From assembly GCF_018350175.1 (NCBI RefSeq), contig NC_058368.1, forward strand, positions 205,842,001 through 205,906,000: a DNA stretch of 64,000 nucleotides, written 5' to 3'. The notes under the pieces were generated by a model. That model did not search any database and had not been told where the DNA came from. It saw nothing but the letters and a program-made list of their open reading frames with translations. Both the position numbers and the translations under genes were made by a program. This DNA comes from Felis catus (lineage: Eukaryota). Numbering within the stretch: position 1 is the stretch's first letter; each line of letters starts with the position of its first letter. Positions 51,281 to 64,000 of the stretch are shown one piece after another.

Positions 51281-51809
51281 GCCCTGATTGTATTACGTTA
51301 AAATGTTTTTCCGTATCTACCTTCCCACCAGCAAATCGTGCACTCTTTGGATGCAGAGGTTTTTTCTGTTGTATCTATTTACAGTGTCTAGCACATTTTC
51401 TGAAAATAACAACCTCATCATAAATGTTTGTTAGGTGTACGTAGTCATCTCTGACCTCACCACGCATGCCTTTGCAGGGTTTGAAATCACACCATGCCAA
51501 ACTAGAATACGCGTGCAAAAATGTTGTATTCTCAGTGGGAAAACTGCCCTATAAACTCTCACAGCGACTGAGATCTCCAAAGAGGAAAAGTCCAATATGG
51601 ACCGCTCTAGTGAATGTTTCTCCTGCAGAGTCCCTTCAGAGGTTAAAAATCTACCATTGTCCACTTGGCTTTTTTTTTTTCTCTATTCTGTGTCTATAAT
51701 TGGGGCATTTATTTTAATAAGTTAGAAAACTAAAGTTAAGCCTGGGTGTTGTAAGCTTGAAAAATAGTATCTTGCCTCCTGTGACTTCTCTTTTTCTTTC
51801 CTTTCTCAG

Positions 51810-51963
51810 AGCTCTTCCTGCCATGATGCAGTGGGTCCGCACACAGAAGCCAGGAGAGAGTGGCATCAATATTGTCACTGCTGATTTTGTAGAACTTGGG
51901 GATTTCATCAGCACTGTCATAAAGCTCAACTATGTCTTTGATGAGGGAGAAGCCAACACTTGA
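51810..51963 (+). CDS. PLCXD3: PLCXD3 terminal coding exon (exon 3, coding part)
   Basis: Strong polypyrimidine acceptor (ttctctttttctttcctttctcag) ends at 51809. AG|A completes Arg, then ALPAMMQWVRTQKPGESGINIVTADFVELGDFISTVIKLNYVFDEGEANT-TGA. Phase matches the upstream exon and this is the PLCXD3 C-terminus. Confidence 0.97.
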
Positions 51964-54900
51964 TAGTACCATTTGGAGCATCCACGAGTAAGATAGAGAA
52001 GACTCATTGTATTAGGCATATTATCTATAAACACTCTGATCTTCCTATTCCACTGAGTCTCTGAGGGGATTAGGCTGGTAGTGGGTGGGAAAAGGGGGAA
52101 TCCATTTCTTCAGTGATGATTATCATACTCTGCATTACTATAAATACTTCATTTCCCATTTGATGAGCAAAATCTGCTACTAGTGTTAGGGATAAAAAAA
52201 GACCAGTGAATTTTGTTTTCCAGAATTAGTCTTTGTAACGTATAACTCATGAGTGTTTACTTGATTGCGTTTCCGGTTTCAGCCTAGGGCTCCTACACTG
52301 TTTCCACTAACTGAACCTTTCTGCTCCCTCTTTCGCTCGCTCTTTTTAATCAGCTGCCATATGGGACTCAAAACAATTGAATGCCCAACGTAATGTGTAT
52401 TACATCGTTGTACTGAAATTTGTTTTTGTGAAGACTTGGTATAATATAATATTCTATAGTTGTCTGCAATTGGTCGATCATTGCTAACTTTTGGTCATAG
52501 AAAATATGCATCAAATCAGTTTCCTTGCATCAGTAATATTGGAGGCCATAATCAGTAATTTTTGTGTTATATGAATATAACAGTGTTTCACAGTGTTTCT
52601 ATTTAAGGCAGCTATAAATATAGAGTAAAAACTTTTTTGAAAGAATGATTAGTGCCAACCCTGTAGTGAAAAATGGAGGAGGGAGAAGAGATGGATGCCA
52701 TTTTAATTCAGGAATCTCTTAAGTAATATTGCCCTGCAAATCCTCAGTAAGTAAAAAATTATGACAGATGTGTTAAAATCAGGAAGTTCTGAAAAGAACT
52801 CTTACAAAATCTCCCCTATTAATTCTCTTGATTAAAAAAAAGGAAGGAAAATGAAGAAGAAAGAAATGAAACATTGTGCAAGCTTTCCTACCAAATTGGC
52901 ATCTCCGAACATGTAATTCTAAATCTCAAATTTTGAGGAACGTATTTCGAGCAGCTTCAGTTCAAATTTTTACTCGAAGTTGAGGAAAGTTGAGAAAAGA
53001 GGAAGGGTTGCAGAAAGAATTAAAAATTTTTGAAACCATGTATAGCGTAAAATCTTAAAGATCCATGAAATGTTTTTAGGAGATGCTTAAATACATGGGG
53101 TGTGGGCAGACACAGTGAAAATTAACACTGACTCATCACTTCTGGGTTCTGTCCTACCCCAGAATCGAGCCTGGGGCAGAGGCAAAAGTTTCACAGAACC
53201 TTTCTGTGTCTCAACTTTTGATATAGTCCACATCTACAGAGAAGGAAAATGATAACTCCGCTCTGAGCCTTGCTCCCTCCTTGGTGTCTTTGTGATATTT
53301 GACAACTCTAAAATATTCTAAAAGAGCACAATAACCCTTACCGGTGTGCCTCACAGGAATACTGTGAGGCATTTCTAAAAATCTATAAATTGCTGAAATT
53401 CTTATAATTATGAATTGTTTTAACTTCGTGTTTAGAAATAATTGCACCTCAAGAGTTTCCCGGGGAAATGCGTTCCACGCAAAGTAGGACCATAGGAAAA
53501 TAGAAAAATCAAAGCATGTCTGCAGTTTTTAATTAATTTAAACATAGGACATATGGTTTGATCTCTTACACCTAGGTAAGGGGGTTGATCCCAAGATTGT
53601 GTCAAGATTTTGAGTAATTAAGAGCTAGTTCTAAGGTTTTAAATACTGTCAGAAAATAGTATTTTTTAGCAGCTGCAGGGAGGAAAGAGAAAATTTTCAC
53701 CCTGAAGAGAATGTTTATGAAGAATGTGTAGTTGTGCCTGGGAGAGCTGCAGCAGCATGCAGACGTGCAACACTTCCACATTCCAGTTGTGTGTCTGTCG
53801 TGCCACCCCCAGTATGCCGACACGTACCCACTCCTGCCGGCAGACAGATACAAATGCGCACAGACACACGCAGACACGGGTATAATCACAGTTCTCCTTT
53901 TCCAGGGAAAATATTGGTGATATTTAATCACTTAATTTTGAGACTGAAACCCTTAGCAAGGTATGAAAAGCGTGGTTAAGACCTTTGAACGTAGAGTAGC
54001 TGATTATCTTCAAATATTTTTGTAAAAATATTCTGGCTTGGGACTTAATTATTCACAAATATAGTTTTCTTTCCACCTTCCCTCCTCTTGCAGTTTATTG
54101 TCTTTTTATCTCTTTCACCTGCTCTTAATGTGCAGTTGAATATGAATCCTTTTTAAAGGACTATGGATTATTGAAATTTACATCCTGTCAATTTGCTTTG
54201 TGAGCAGATCTTCTCTCTGACAATTCATTATTCATCCCTCGGGAGGATCTTTAGCCAAGCACACTTGCAATGACACAAGGATTTAACTTATAAATATGAC
54301 AGAAAACAAATCTTTCAACATATTAATGAGGAATGAATAAAATATAGGGGTAACTATGTTGTATTTTCTTGAACTTAGATGCTTTCTTATAATGTTTGCC
54401 TAGAATTAGCTTTGTCATATTTGTCATTTGGGTGCTGGAAAAAACAAACATGCTGAAGCATTAGACTAATTGTGCAGGTTTTTTTTTTGTTTGTTTTTTT
54501 TTTTACTGGAGAAAGCTTTTTATTGCTATTAATGATATGCACGCAGAAACCTTGTTGGACAAAAGGTACTTTCAAGTCAATGTTATGGTTTCCATGTGGA
54601 CATACAGTCCCCATGTAGCAGGCACCAAGAATAAACGGACTTGCCTTCATTTCTAAAGGCGGGAGCAGGTCGAAGTGGACCATGGGTCCTCCAGCTAGAG
54701 GGAGAGTCACCAGGAAGGAGTCCTTGGAAAGGGGAACAGAGAGAAGGTGCCTTTGGCTGTCTTCTGCCTACTGGCTCTGCCCTGAGGCGGATGTAGGGAG
54801 CAGGCTGTGGGCCTTAAATAGAGTGGGGGTGAGGACTAGTATTATGCAATCAGAGCTTAGCCTCAGCCTCTGCTCCTTTGTCTTCGCAGGGCATTGTCTT

Positions 54901-56136
54901 TCCAGAGAGCCAGGAGCACAAGGGCTACAAATAGGCCCCAGGATGTAGGCGGTATATCTTGGTGCACTTTTTGTTTGGCTTTTTCTTAAAACTTTACGTC
55001 ACAAGTCCTACAAGGCAAAAACAGAAACAAAATCCAACCACTACCCAATCTGCAGCAGGAAATCAAAGGAGGGGGTGGGATGAGGGAAGATAGGCAAAGA
55101 ATATCATTTTTTTCGTTTGCTTTCCTGTCTGTAATTTTGAAGGACCGAAATGGCGAATACTTTGCCATTATCATTTATGTCTCCCTTATTACCACACATT
55201 CATACGAGTGCAGAGAATGAGGAGGCATCTTTGAAAAGCCTTAGGATATTTTGTATGATGACCTCAATATTCACTTTCAGCCATACTGGGAAAACTCCCT
55301 TTTCATAGAGCACCACCCAGCAGTGAATGTACTAGAGCATTAAGTGTTTGGCATGTATGTGCCTGTGTGTGTACACGCATAGAAACACACACACACACAC
55401 ATACACACACATGAGATGCACATCTCACACGCATTATTCAAGTTACAACTGCACTCTCTAATCACCCAACCTGATTCTATTGCCATTTTAACTCTTAAAA
55501 TCAGTATTTCCTTATGTTAATGGGCATAAACATAACTCAGATATTTACATATTCAAGAGGAGAAAAAGATCACTAGAAAACCAGTGAAAAATGAGACCAT
55601 CATAAATAAGAAATGACGAGCAGTGATAGTCTAAATACGTTGTCAATTACGCTTCAAGCTGGAGAATTGAAGATGGACTTGAATCAAAGTTACAAACATC
55701 TTGACTTGAAGCTGTTTTCAGTTCTTTGAGTTCCTAACATGTTTTAGCCAGAGTTACCTGTTCAGGTTCTCCCCTGTTAGCATTCCAGACTGGAAAGTTG
55801 GAGGTCTCAGGAAATGCATGTTCTCGTGAGTTTCCAGTTCTATAGTTCTACAGATGCGATGATGCAACCTCCTAACCTTTGGTTGCTCATCCAAATGAGT
55901 TTCATAGGTAGAGTGCTTGACTTTTGAATCACTAACAGAAAATAATGCACAGTGTCCCTCAGGATATGCTAAACAAGGTTTTTACAAGTATTTTATTTGA
56001 CAGCATTTTAGTCTTTTCGACTAGATTACAGTGACACAATGGTGTAGAGGCTATATTTGCCATAACTTATTGGTGGCTCCTGTGTTATATACAGTTTTAA
56101 ATAATGCTCTAAATCGTTTGTTTTCCCAATGACATC

Positions 56137-56142
56137 AATAAA
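56137..56142 (+). terminator. Candidate proximal polyadenylation signal
   Basis: AATAAA followed by U/GU-rich sequence (56150-56300). Confidence 0.35.
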
Positions 56143-57016
56143 ATGTTCTGTAGAATTTGTAAAATGTATTGATTGAGTCTGTTAAAAATTGTGCAGTTTT
56201 TATTTCATTTGTGGTACGATTTTATAGGTATTAGTTCTAAATGTATATTTGTATGAGTCAAAAGTATGTGCTTGTATGTGGTTTGTGTGTTAATATATTG
56301 TATCTTATCAAAAATCAAACTTATCCTAAAGAAAAAGGGCACATTGTGACCAGCCTTAACTCATTGCCATTTTTTGTTGTAATTTGGGATAAAAATCTGA
56401 AGAGAAATTATGTTTTTGTCTAAAATGGCCTTTGTAAAAAAAATCATGTGAGGAATGTGCTTTAGAAATTATCTGAGCTCCCCCAAGCAAATAGTTCAGC
56501 TTATGGAGTACCGGAAGCCTCTCAAAAGTTTCAAATGTCAATGTATTTATTCACTTCATTATCATGCAGAAAAGTTAGATTCACATTTGTTTCCATCAGC
56601 AACAGAACCAGTGCACTTCAGAAGTTGTTCTTCCAAACACGGAACCATTCCGCTTATGAGGATAAGTCTTCCGTGAAAGATTATTTCTTCAGACATTTGC
56701 TTTTTAAACATTGGAATTCTCAGTCAAGATGAACTGCCGAGGCTCTGTGAGAGTCACTAGAGACCCATCAACATTAGGTGGTTCCAACACGGTTCCCTTC
56801 TCAAAACACAGGTGTACGACATCCTTTTACACCTTTGTTACCTGCCTGCGTGTAGACTAGCAATAGAAAATGCAGGACTAATTCAAGGATCTGCGTGAGT
56901 TGTCATGCTCAGAGCAAAAACTTTGTAATCTTCCTTGAGCCTGGTATCTGGGTGTGGAATATTAATCAGTCTTATTTCCTCTCTTTCTCCATCCTCAGTT
57001 ATTTCTTTTCCATATT

Positions 57017-57206
57017 TAGTCTTGCCAGATGAAACACAGGACACGCAGTGAAATTCAAATTTCAGATAAACAGTATTTTTTAGTATGAGAATTTCCAAAA
57101 CATTTCATGAGACATACCGAAAACTTTTCATTGTTTATCTGAAGTTCAAATATAATGGGATGTGTCCTTTTTTTTTCTTTTTTTTTCTCCTAATCTGGCA
57201 ACCCTA
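57017..57206. mobile_element. MER53 palindromic hAT MITE
   Basis: TIRs tagtcttgccagat and atctggcaacccta; inner inverted arms ttcaaatttcagataaaca and tgtttatctgaagttcaa; degenerate 8-bp TSD tccatatt/tccatcct. Confidence 0.88.
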
Positions 57207-57549
57207 TCCATCCTGCCTCTCTCTTTTTCAATTGGGCTACCTATAAAGGGTAAGATCCTACCTCCCTCCGAACCCCTATCTTAAGATATCTTATGGAAAT
57301 CTATAGTCCTAATACCCTTCCTGAAGGAAAATGTTGGTCCATGCCAAGTTCCATGAATGCTTTACAAAGGACCAACTCAAATATAGGTGGCATAATCAAG
57401 TAGCTCTATAAGATTAATGCCACCACATTCAAAATTTCCCTTCACCCTCCTGTTTCGAGATCTAAACTCTCCCCCACTAATCCCTTAAGTAATATTCCCC
57501 AGTAACTAGGACATCCAAAAACACACCACACCTTAAAAATGCCCCTTGA

Positions 57550-57761
57550 GGGGCACCTGGATGGCTCAGTTGGTTAAGTGTCCCACTTCAGCCCAGGTCA
57601 TGATCTCATGGTTTGTGGTTTCCAGCCCCGCATCCAGGCTCTGTGCTGACAGCTCGGAGCCTGGAGCCTGCTTTAGATCCTATGTCTCCCTCTCCCTCTG
57701 CCCATCCCCCACTCAAGCTCTGTGTCTCTCACATGTAAAAATTAATTAATTAATTAAATTT
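57550..57761 (+). mobile_element. CAN-SINE in the probable 3' UTR
   Basis: ggggcacctggatggctcag head; TSD ttaaaaatgcccct at 57533-57546 and 57762-57775. Confidence 0.95.
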
Positions 57762-58654
57762 TTAAAAATGCCCCTGAAAAGTGGTAGCACCTTCCAACTC
57801 AATACCAGGACCTCTTTTAAAATTCAATTTCTTTTTCTTCAGAGAGTAACGAACTAATCTATTACTCCCCTCATTACAACCCTACCACAAATTATTTTTA
57901 TCAGTTTAGAGCTAATCATCTATGAAATTATAGAAAATCTGACATAGAAAGAACTCTTTTGATTGCTAAAAAGAGAGAGAGAAAAAAGTCTGGGATGTAG
58001 ACACAGTCTCCTCAGGAGACTGGGTTGGGATTGGGCAGGTGATAGAATATGGACCTTGACAATGAACCAGTACCCCACAGGGAGACTTGCCAAAGCAAAT
58101 TATAACAACCAGCAGTTTTTTGGAGGAAATGAGAACTCAAGACATCCCAGAGTAAGAATAATGAAATCTAAGGCCAGTTTCTAGAACAGTTTGCAGAGAA
58201 TAGAACTATGTTGGAATTCCTAAAATAGTATTTTCAAATACTCTTGTATCCCACAGTGAATCCGTGACATGATCTAAATGTGGTTGGTGTTTGGGAACAG
58301 TTTTGGTACCTACCTCCTCTCTTAACATTCCTATGAATGACAAGAAAATCCAAATTTCTTAATGTAATATTTCCATCTCATGGTCCCTGCTTGTACACAT
58401 TCACATTGATTTGCTTCATTTCTAAAGGATGAGAATTTGCAGAGCTGGTGACATTTCCTTCACTAGACCAGAAATTCACCAGAGGGAGACAGATCTGTGC
58501 CTTCTCTTTTTAGGATCTGGTCACTGATACTTTAATAAATGTGGTATAAAGAAAATACATACCTACCACTGTTCTGTTTAGCAAATGTGAATCTTTTGGA
58601 TAAGATTGTTGTTCTTAATGTAAAAAAAGTTTCTTTGTATCCAGTGAAATGCCT

Positions 58655-58660
58655 AATAAA
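58655..58660 (+). terminator. Probable distal polyadenylation signal
   Basis: AATAAA preceded by TGTA (58636) and followed after about 20 nt by tttattttttttattt and GT-rich sequence. Confidence 0.55.
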
Positions 58661-61600
58661 GTGCTGGTACCAGTTACCTTTATTTTTTTTATTTCATAGT
58701 TATCAGTGTTGCATTATAAGTCCAAAAGTAGATCTCTTAAGTAGAACATGACTCAGAGCATGAGAAAATATAATTTTTTAAAAAATATGAATCATCGTGT
58801 AAGGATTTCCTCTGTGAAAGGATATATTCTCCACCAATAAAGGCAATGCCATGAGTACTGCCATTGCATCAAAGTTAGGTATCTCCAAATCTAATACTCT
58901 CAGCCTCTGATATTACCACAAAGAAGACCAATATCAATACAACAAAATTATATTAATTTACTATTATTATTATAAGATACCATTTTGAGGTTAAAAGCTT
59001 AGGGTAAATGAAATCTACTTTTGCTGAACCTTCACTATGCCCAATGTGTGAAACACTATTTCAAAAGGGAAATGCCTTTGTATTTCACCAAACAAACCCT
59101 ATGTATTGGAGTTCAAATCAGGCTTAACACAAAATTTAAGCATTGTAATAGTATTTTAAAGACAACCCAGCAAAACAAAACAAAACGACATGTGGTCCAA
59201 GATAATTTTGGGGATTGAACTTGAACATAAGTGCCCCCCAAAACTCTGCCTATTATATACATTGGTGAGTTCATGACATGAGAGGATTTCTATTTATAAA
59301 GCTGTAATGATTTCTACATTTGTGAAACAGTGTGTATCTGCAAATAATACTCCACATAATCATATCTTTGTCCTTAACATTGCAATAGTTGATCAGAGCC
59401 GTTATTCAGTTATTCAGCAAACATTTGCCAAGTACCTGCCGTACGCTAGGCTCCTTGCTAAGCACTACAAAACGTTTCTAAAATGTTCCTTAGGAAAAGG
59501 GATGAAGCACATCTTTGGTACTTTGTCAATGGAGCTAACAGGTGGCATCATTTTGTCCTCCAACAAATAAACAAAAACCAAACATACATTTATTCTCAGT
59601 GATCTTTTCAAGGTAATATCCCCAGATAGTAAAACTGTTCGAACACAGTTGTTCCTAAAAGCCTAAGAAGAAAAGGACAATTTCTGCAGTAAGCGTAATT
59701 GGAAATTGGTTGGTCAGGGTCATACATGAATGAAGAGTGGATTCCCATCCTCTCTCTGCCACATTCCCTGTCATCATGTGCAGGGCAGTGTGTACAAGCT
59801 TGGCTGCCACATTCTAACTGTGGCTCAAAAACAGCAAAAACTAGAGGCTCTATCTCTTCTCCTTCCTTTGCTTGCCTCCAGGACTTCAGATGAATTTTTT
59901 TCTCGCCAGAAGAGGCTGACCGCACAAAGCAAAGCAGCCCCCATAAATTGTCTCTTTCACACAGGATAAAAACGGTGATGCTCCCTAGATCAAAGGAGCG
60001 AAAACATCATCTGGAATTGGAGGAAATACTTCTTTTTAAGTAGAAAGACCGTCCTGCAATGGACAGTTTCAGCACTGGCTCTCCCAACATGTGCCTCAAC
60101 ATAGTCCTTAGTAACAAGCCATAATAAAGGCTGCACTGGAATCAAGGGCCAGAAGCAAACCTAAATGTAACTGGCACTTTCTACCATATTCATCCTTCAG
60201 TGGATAGAAGTATTCCGGGAACCATCTGGAGCTGGCTATTAAGCAAAGATGAACCACATCAAAACTACATTGAATTCTGGAAAGTGGGATTTAGTACCCT
60301 AAGTGACAGGGAGAGAAGAAGAATGCCAATGCCGGCAGTTCCCAAAGAACTCCTTGGCAGAATGCGTATTCTCCCCTCATACTTTTTCCCTCAGAGAAAT
60401 GTGTAAACTTGACCTCCTGGGGTTTTACTGAGAAATGATGAAGAGGAAATCTTTTGCCTCAATACAAGTGCTCAGCTATTATTAAACTGTGCTCTTTCAT
60501 TTTTGGAGAAAAACGTGTCTGCAGGATGGTTTTTATTTTAGCAATAGGAAAAGGCAAAAATATTAATATAGAACCAATAATCCTCTTCTCATTGGGCTAT
60601 AGGATTATGAATCTTTGACTTAAACTTCGACAGGAAGAGGCACATCTTAGCAATGTCCGTACTCCCAGGGCATGGCAGTTATCACAACATGTTTGGAAGC
60701 AGTGAAATTAAATTGTGACTAGATGTGACCCATTCAAATGGTAGACAAGTGCTTGAGGGTCAGGCACATGCTGAGCACTGTTTGGTGGTGATGAGGGTTC
60801 AAAAAAGTCCAAGGCAGTATCCTCTACCTCTTTTTTCTCCTTGGAGAAATACTAGAAACATTGGAGGAAGTTAGGAGAAAACATACTGCCTAGCGTTCTC
60901 TCCAAGGACAGAAAAACCTCTTCTCTTAGCTATAAAGTCAACTGAGTCTTTGCAAAGACTATTTACCCAAGGGAACTGGCTTATGATGCATCTATTTAAA
61001 AAGAGCTGAGGAAGGGTGAGGGAGGGGGTTACATTTTGAATATCAACAAAATCTCTTGCGAAATTTTCCATTCTTCTGCTTGTAGATACAAATGAGTTTG
61101 CATGGATACGTTATCTAGATTCCCACAGACTCCTGCTTCTATACAAGACCTCTGCTCACACACCCTTTTGGAAGACTGTTCCCCTCCCCACACTTTCCTG
61201 AGTCCCCAGAGGATGTTTCCTGTGTACTTAATAAAAAACTCCACAACTTTCAGCGGCTGGCTGTTGTTATTTCCTCGTCTTGATGTTCACTTCAGCCTCC
61301 AATATTTGCCTCTTTTCCATGAGCCCCAAGAATCTGCCAGATAGGCACTGCTTGTCCGGTAAAGCCCTCAGGTGCCGAAGGAGTGAGCAATCATGGCTGA
61401 ATGAAGGTAGGTGTGAAATGTTTCTCCTGCCTTTATGTTACATTCTAATAGAGGGTCTCTAGTAGCCTGATAATTACCCAAATTCAAATCTCTGTCTCTT
61501 TCTCTCTCTCTCAATCTCCCTCCCTCCCTTCTCACCCTACTCCCTCTCTCTGTGATGTATGGGCTTGGGACAGAAATTAATTCCAGAGACAGCCACCATG

Positions 61601-63127
61601 CTATTCTCAAAGTCATATGCTAGTCTCAAAGTCACTACTCCCCTCTGGGTACCAAGGCTTTCTTCCTGGTCAAATTTATTTTCATGAGTTTGCTTTCTCT
61701 CAAATTATTCTAGGAGGTTTCTTGGTTCTTAAACAAATAGGCCTCTGATGGACCCCCCCCCTCCAATTCTGTTATTTAGACCTATTCCCAGATGTATGTA
61801 CCTTAAAAGAGCCAGCAGCTCTGGCCGGCAGCCATCTCCATACAATGGGCAAATGACAAAATTGGGTAGAGGACTCTAATGTGCAGGTTCCCAGCTTCTG
61901 TTTAGTAGGAGTCCTCCTTCCTTTATCCACTACAAATAAAATTTATTTCCTCACAATCTGATGAGCTCGTTCACAAGGAAATATTAAAAGGACTTAAAGT
62001 GATGTTTTTCAATGTTACTTACTTCAGAGAAGCATTTACAGAAAAGTAAAAAGTAAAACTCGCAAAATAATTTATCACAGGATGGCTTTCATAAGGGAAA
62101 GGCTAATGGATTCATGTCCCCCTTCCCCACCTGTGAGTTATCTTGAGAAGCCCTATGAAAACACCCAGGACTCCCTGTTGCAATTATCAAATTTTATCGT
62201 GCATACAGTTACCTGAATCTTAAAAAAAATACAGTTTCTGGTTCAGCAAGTCAGAGATGGGGCACCAGCTTTCCTGTATCAGAGTGACTTAGCTCCTGCA
62301 TACGAGTAGGATGTCGCATTCTTACTGATAGAATTTCAAATAGTCGTAGTCACTCAAGGGTATTCTTAGGACACTTTAGAGCCATGGTATGTCCTTGGCA
62401 TTTCCTGTTCACTTTGCCAAGCTGGCTTTATCTCTGCCTGTTATTCCAGTCTGATGAATGGCCAGGCAGATTTTACTTTCTCAGTCCAAGATAATTTTTA
62501 CCTTCTCAGTTTGTGATGGAAATAGAACTCTAATTTAAGCCCCCCAAAAGAAGGGGCTATTTTTCAGCCTAATCAAAACTGAAACAGAAGCAATTTGGGG
62601 ATCACTGGATCTGGGATCTCACACAGTATCATGAGGGCTTGAATTTTCTCCTTCTCTCAGTTTTACTTTCCTCTGCATTGAATATATTTAAGGAGGGTTT
62701 TCCACATTGAGTCAAGATGACCAAACAGCACTTCTTTTTCCCAGTAATTTCCACCAAAAAAGCAGAATTGAGTCTGACTGGTCTGAGTTGGGACTGAAGT
62801 CAATTTCCCAATCAAGCACCACACAAATGAGAATGGAGTGAGATGAGAGATGGTCACGTACAAGGAAAATCAAATCTCTGCTAGGTGTGAGAAGGTGCTC
62901 CTGTCAGGCACAAATATGGATGTCCTCTAGCAAGGTTTTCCCATCACCTCTGAAAATCATGCCCTGTGTCGGAGCACTGCCTTTACTCATCGGCTTGGCC
63001 TTGATTGCTTTGAGTTCAGCTCAGAGTCCCCGGAGGAGATAAGAAAGTCAAAACTAACATAAGAAGATTTTTTTTAACATCAAGAAGATTTTTAACTTTT
63101 ATGTTTTGGAGGGTTTTTTTGTTCCAC

Positions 63128-63205
63128 TTTTTTATTTTAAATGATTTCAAACTTACAGAAAAGTTGCAAAAATATTAGAGAAAACTTCCGCATATACTTT
63201 CCTTG
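63128..63205 (-). mobile_element. Short old L1M (L1MC4/L1ME-like) 3' end fragment
   Basis: tttattttaaatgatttcaaacttacagaaaagttgcaaaaata. Confidence 0.6.
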
Positions 63206-64000
63206 GAGTCATTTTTAATTTTTTTTAATGTTAGGCTCTTCTCATCTGGGAAATAGTGTGTTTTAAAGCATTATTCAAATTCCAGAAGCAATTAGGATGT
63301 CAGTACTGAAAACTTTAAAAATCTATATCCCTGAAGCCATTCATATAATAAAGTAGGTCTTCATTCAAAATGCACAATATACTAAAGCACCACGGAGAAT
63401 ATAAAGATTAAGTGGGTGGCTCATATAAAAAGAGGAGAAAGGAAAATCCCTAAGATATATAAAATATGAGAGGATATTATGTGTGCTGTTTAGTCCAAAT
63501 AAGATGCAAGTTAGATTTCATGCTGTGGAGAAGTGACAGGCAATTCCGAGCAAGACCATTTCCAGAAGAAGGTAATATAGTGAAATTAATGGTTTTATAA
63601 TGGGAGAAATTACAGCCTTGGTAGCACCAAATCATTCTTCCCTAATCAACACTAATCGCAGGAGGTCCAAAAGTCATCAGCTCTGTCCTTGGGGTCACTC
63701 TTCAAATCATGGGATGAACAGAATCTACCTGATATCTGAGATAAAGCATTTCTGAAATAAGGAAGTGAATGAAGGAGAGTGTACGGTGTGTATCTGTGAG
63801 TGCATGTGTGTCTGCGTTAATGTTTGGAGCTCGATAGGATTTTCTGCAGGATTTCTTCTTCAAAGTTACTTATTAATAAATGAATTGAAAACTTATTAGA
63901 CGCCTCCATCTAATAAGACTCCTCACAAGGCCACATTTCCAAATTTGGGCTGCCATTTCAGCAGCTACAATTTCTTATGATGCCGCAAAAAGAAAAAGGC

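Larger units (their letters stand above)
3490..51809 (+). other. PLCXD3: PLCXD3 last intron (GT-AG, 48,320 bp)
   Basis: gtaagt at 3490 and ctcag ending at 51809; splicing joins the two exons into a continuous reading frame. Confidence 0.93.
51964..58680 (+). other. PLCXD3: PLCXD3 long 3' UTR (3' end approximate)
   Basis: Repeat-poor, AU-rich sequence after the stop codon. AATAAA at 56137, 58534 and 58655; the last has upstream TGTA and downstream U-rich sequence. Confidence 0.6.

Noticed and set aside
51757..51809. N-terminal MKNSILPPVTSLFLSFL of the 68-aa ORF
   Set aside because: Translation of the intronic polypyrimidine tract from a TTG; the exon starts at 51810.
63383..63403. REST/NRSF RE1-like motif taaagcaccacggagaatata
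   Set aside because: Matches the AGCACCACGGA core but lacks the upstream TC and the downstream AG-CGCC part; too weak without ChIP data.
1..64000. A novel multi-gene or prokaryote-style system (CRISPR array, operon, defence island, foreign insert)
   Set aside because: The window is ordinary mammalian gene and repeat sequence. There is no regularly spaced repeat-spacer array, and the only credible proteins are PLCXD3 and L1 ORF2 remnants.
58700..64000. Exons of a neighbouring downstream gene
   Set aside because: No recognisable coding sequence or CpG-island promoter; non-coding exons cannot be excluded from sequence alone.

Overview
Mammalian genomic DNA from a felid carnivore, inferred from young SINEC_Fc-type CAN-SINEs and a felid-type L1 3' UTR. 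The window holds the 3' part of one + strand gene, PLCXD3 (PI-PLC X-domain containing 3): the end of intron 1, a 709-nt coding exon (2781-3489), a 48.3-kb intron (3490-51809), the last coding exon (CDS 51810-51963) and a long 3' UTR probably ending near 58.68 kb. The rest is intronic/intergenic sequence rich in transposon relics (13 CAN-SINEs, several L1 pieces, MaLR/ERVL LTRs, hAT/mariner MITEs, L2/MIR/CR1) and microsatellites. Nearly all other ORFs in the track are spurious or repeat-derived. I found no evidence of a new multi-gene system. The findings are modest: unusual retrotransposon junctions, nested insertions and RNA-processing hypotheses for PLCXD3. Repeat family names come from recalled consensus sequences, not a search, so boundaries of old repeats are approximate.
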